A stretch of DNA of 64,000 nt, taken from positions 61,504,001 to 61,568,000 of the forward strand of contig OX597818.1 in the NCBI GenBank assembly GCA_951406725.2. Reading direction: 5' to 3'. The DNA comes from Octopus vulgaris. Taxonomy: Eukaryota. Below, piece after piece: positions 61,750 to 64,000 of the stretch. The notes under the pieces are model-generated. The model worked only from the letters and a program-made list of their open reading frames with translations, ran no database searches and had not been told where the DNA came from. The position numbers and the translations under genes are program-made. The first letter of the stretch is position 1. Every line of letters starts with the position of its first letter.

Positions 61750-64000
61750 ACTGCAATAAGCTGGATAACTCCTACTAACATATTTGCATAACATATTGGA
61801 GCAGACTTAATAGTCTTTCTAACAGAAACCATTTAATCATGACAAGATTCTCCATTTTCAAATCTTTTTCTGTTATATATAAATCCGTAATAAACTTCTT
61901 TAGCAGTTGTCTGAATCCAGTAACTTCTACTGATATTTGCCAATAATTTAAACTGATTCTTAAGAGAAATTTTTGAAACACAGAAGTGTGTTATATTATC
62001 TTGAAGGATAGAATTAGTTCATAAGTTTCTTGTTAAGCAAATAGATAACCCTTAATTTTTTTTTTTTTTACCTTTATTGTTATTGTTGACGTTTAACTGC
62101 AGCTAACTCCTGATTGCACAAACCTATAATGAAAGGTATTCCAGCCATAACCATTATATTGCTTTTACAGGTAATTCCAAAGGGTACATTATTCAATATA
62201 TTCTTCTTTCTGTAAGATCACCTGGCTTGGCTATTTGGTTATTAATTCTTGCAGGTGGAACAAACACACAGAGGCTTTCTCATTAGCTAATGTCTATTTT
62301 TTGTGTTAGCAGTTGTGTTGACTTCTTTACACCATATTTCTGACCGTAAGACCTGTTTAATCCCTTCCTTTCCTAGTTACAGGAAGTGTTTAGCTATTTT
62401 CATTTGCATTGGCAATCATATCATTACCTCAGCCTTCATTTGCACTCATTGTCAGAGCCTCAGCCTTCATTTGCATTCATATTATCATTGTTCAAATTTC
62501 ATTTGCATTAGCCATCATGCTAGCATTGCCTCAAGATTAGCTGCATAGTAAAAAATCACGTAGTTATTGCCTTGGAGCTTTCCTATACATAAAATGTCCC
62601 CAAATGAATATTTCCATCACATACGGCAATGCAATTAGAAAAGGTCACCAAACAGTTTATCAAGTGTTGTACATTTAGACATTGGCCACATTAGTCCATT
62701 CAATAAACCAGTGTTCTACACACATCTGTCAATTTTCAGATAAAACATTCAACTAAATGAAAATATTGGTCCATAAAGACAAGTAGCTCTGTTGAAAGCA
62801 GAACAACATAATTTGATAAAATCTATTACTAATGGATATTTTTCAAATATCCATCACAAACTAATGGCAGATTGTGTGGCAACACCTGCGAATTGTACAA
62901 TTTCAAGAAGATTATGCAAAACAAAAAATTTTCAAGTGGTGCGTTCTAAATGCATAATGAACAACTGCATGAAATTGACAGCCTTTTAAAAACATATGGA
63001 TCACTTAAGGAATGTAGTAGGAGGCCTTTATAACCAATGCAAACTGTATTGTAGATATCTGGGCTGCTAAATTGGAAAACTGTATTTTTTTTTAATGTTC
63101 TGTACAGCATGGTTTTCATTTAGTTTAATTAATTTATAAATTTAAACCATTGTTTAAACCATCATTTTTTGGAGGGACTGCATATTAGAATCTCTATTAA
63201 AACCTCTGCACACTATAAATACTATCACAATATTCAATTAATACAAGTATTACATACTAATACACATTAAGCCTATGAAAGGGCCTTTCTGTAATTACCA
63301 AACCTGTTACAAATAATCATCAAATATCCCTCACAATAATTCCCTACTATGGTGAATAAACATCAAGGCATTACGTTTGCATTTTGTACTTTGTGTATGC
63401 CTGCACTCAGATACAAAGATACAAGATATATCATAGGTAATAATAACCAAGGTATTTTGAAATATAGATGATGTCAACTATTGATCACTATTGATCATTT
63501 TACAATAAAAATATAAGGATTTATAGGATTTGAAAATGCTTCAGTTAAGAGAAAGTGATTAAAAACCAAATCTTATATTTATGAAAATTATCTCTATCTC
63601 TAAGAGTTTAATTACTGATAGCAGAGCATCAAGGGTTTATGTATTGAGGTCTAAATTTCTGAAATTACCACTGATAGAATCAGATAATTAAAATTAAATG
63701 TTATTTAAATTAATCAGTTTTACAGAATAAGGATTAACCTAATTGCCAATTTGTCAATAATTAAATTTACTTCTAAATATACAGCTATCTCATAATTCTA
63801 TATTTTATCTAAATTTGCACAGGTCAAATGAAAATACCATAAAAATTTTTTTAAAAACTCGCCAAAAAGTAATTTAAACTGAATTTATTTTAAAGAATGG
63901 GAAATTGTGATCTTTGTGCCTTTCTTAACAATTTTTAAAATTTAGTGCAACAAAATTTTAGATTGAATTTCTTGTATATATCCAAACTAGATATTGTGTC

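Overview
AT-rich eukaryotic non-coding DNA. The repeat families look like those of octopus (coleoid cephalopod); this is inferred from recognition, not a database search. No host protein-coding gene, rRNA, true tRNA or CRISPR array can be supported, and the short ORFs come from repeats or microsatellites. Retroelements present: two tRNA-derived SINE families (A; B, which occurs as monomer, dimers and a trimer of a ~184-bp body), many 5'-truncated 3' ends of an RTE LINE (family C, tied to an RTE ORF2 C-terminus at 37181-37495), and decayed RTE, CR1/Jockey-like and Gypsy-integrase remnants. DNA transposons present: two mariner remnants, TTAA piggyBac-type MITEs, a hAT MITE and a non-autonomous Helitron. 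Most notable: (i) five asymmetric hairpin insertions from four unrelated families with Penelope-like pLTR architecture, and a cluster of hammerhead-ribozyme motifs at 35.7-36.5 kb; (ii) SINE-B concatemers that share one precise self-complementary junction; (iii) variable arrays of a hairpin+pseudoknot-like module in the RTE 3'UTR; (iv) a SINE with a 145-bp target duplication and a multi-junction template-switch rearrangement.
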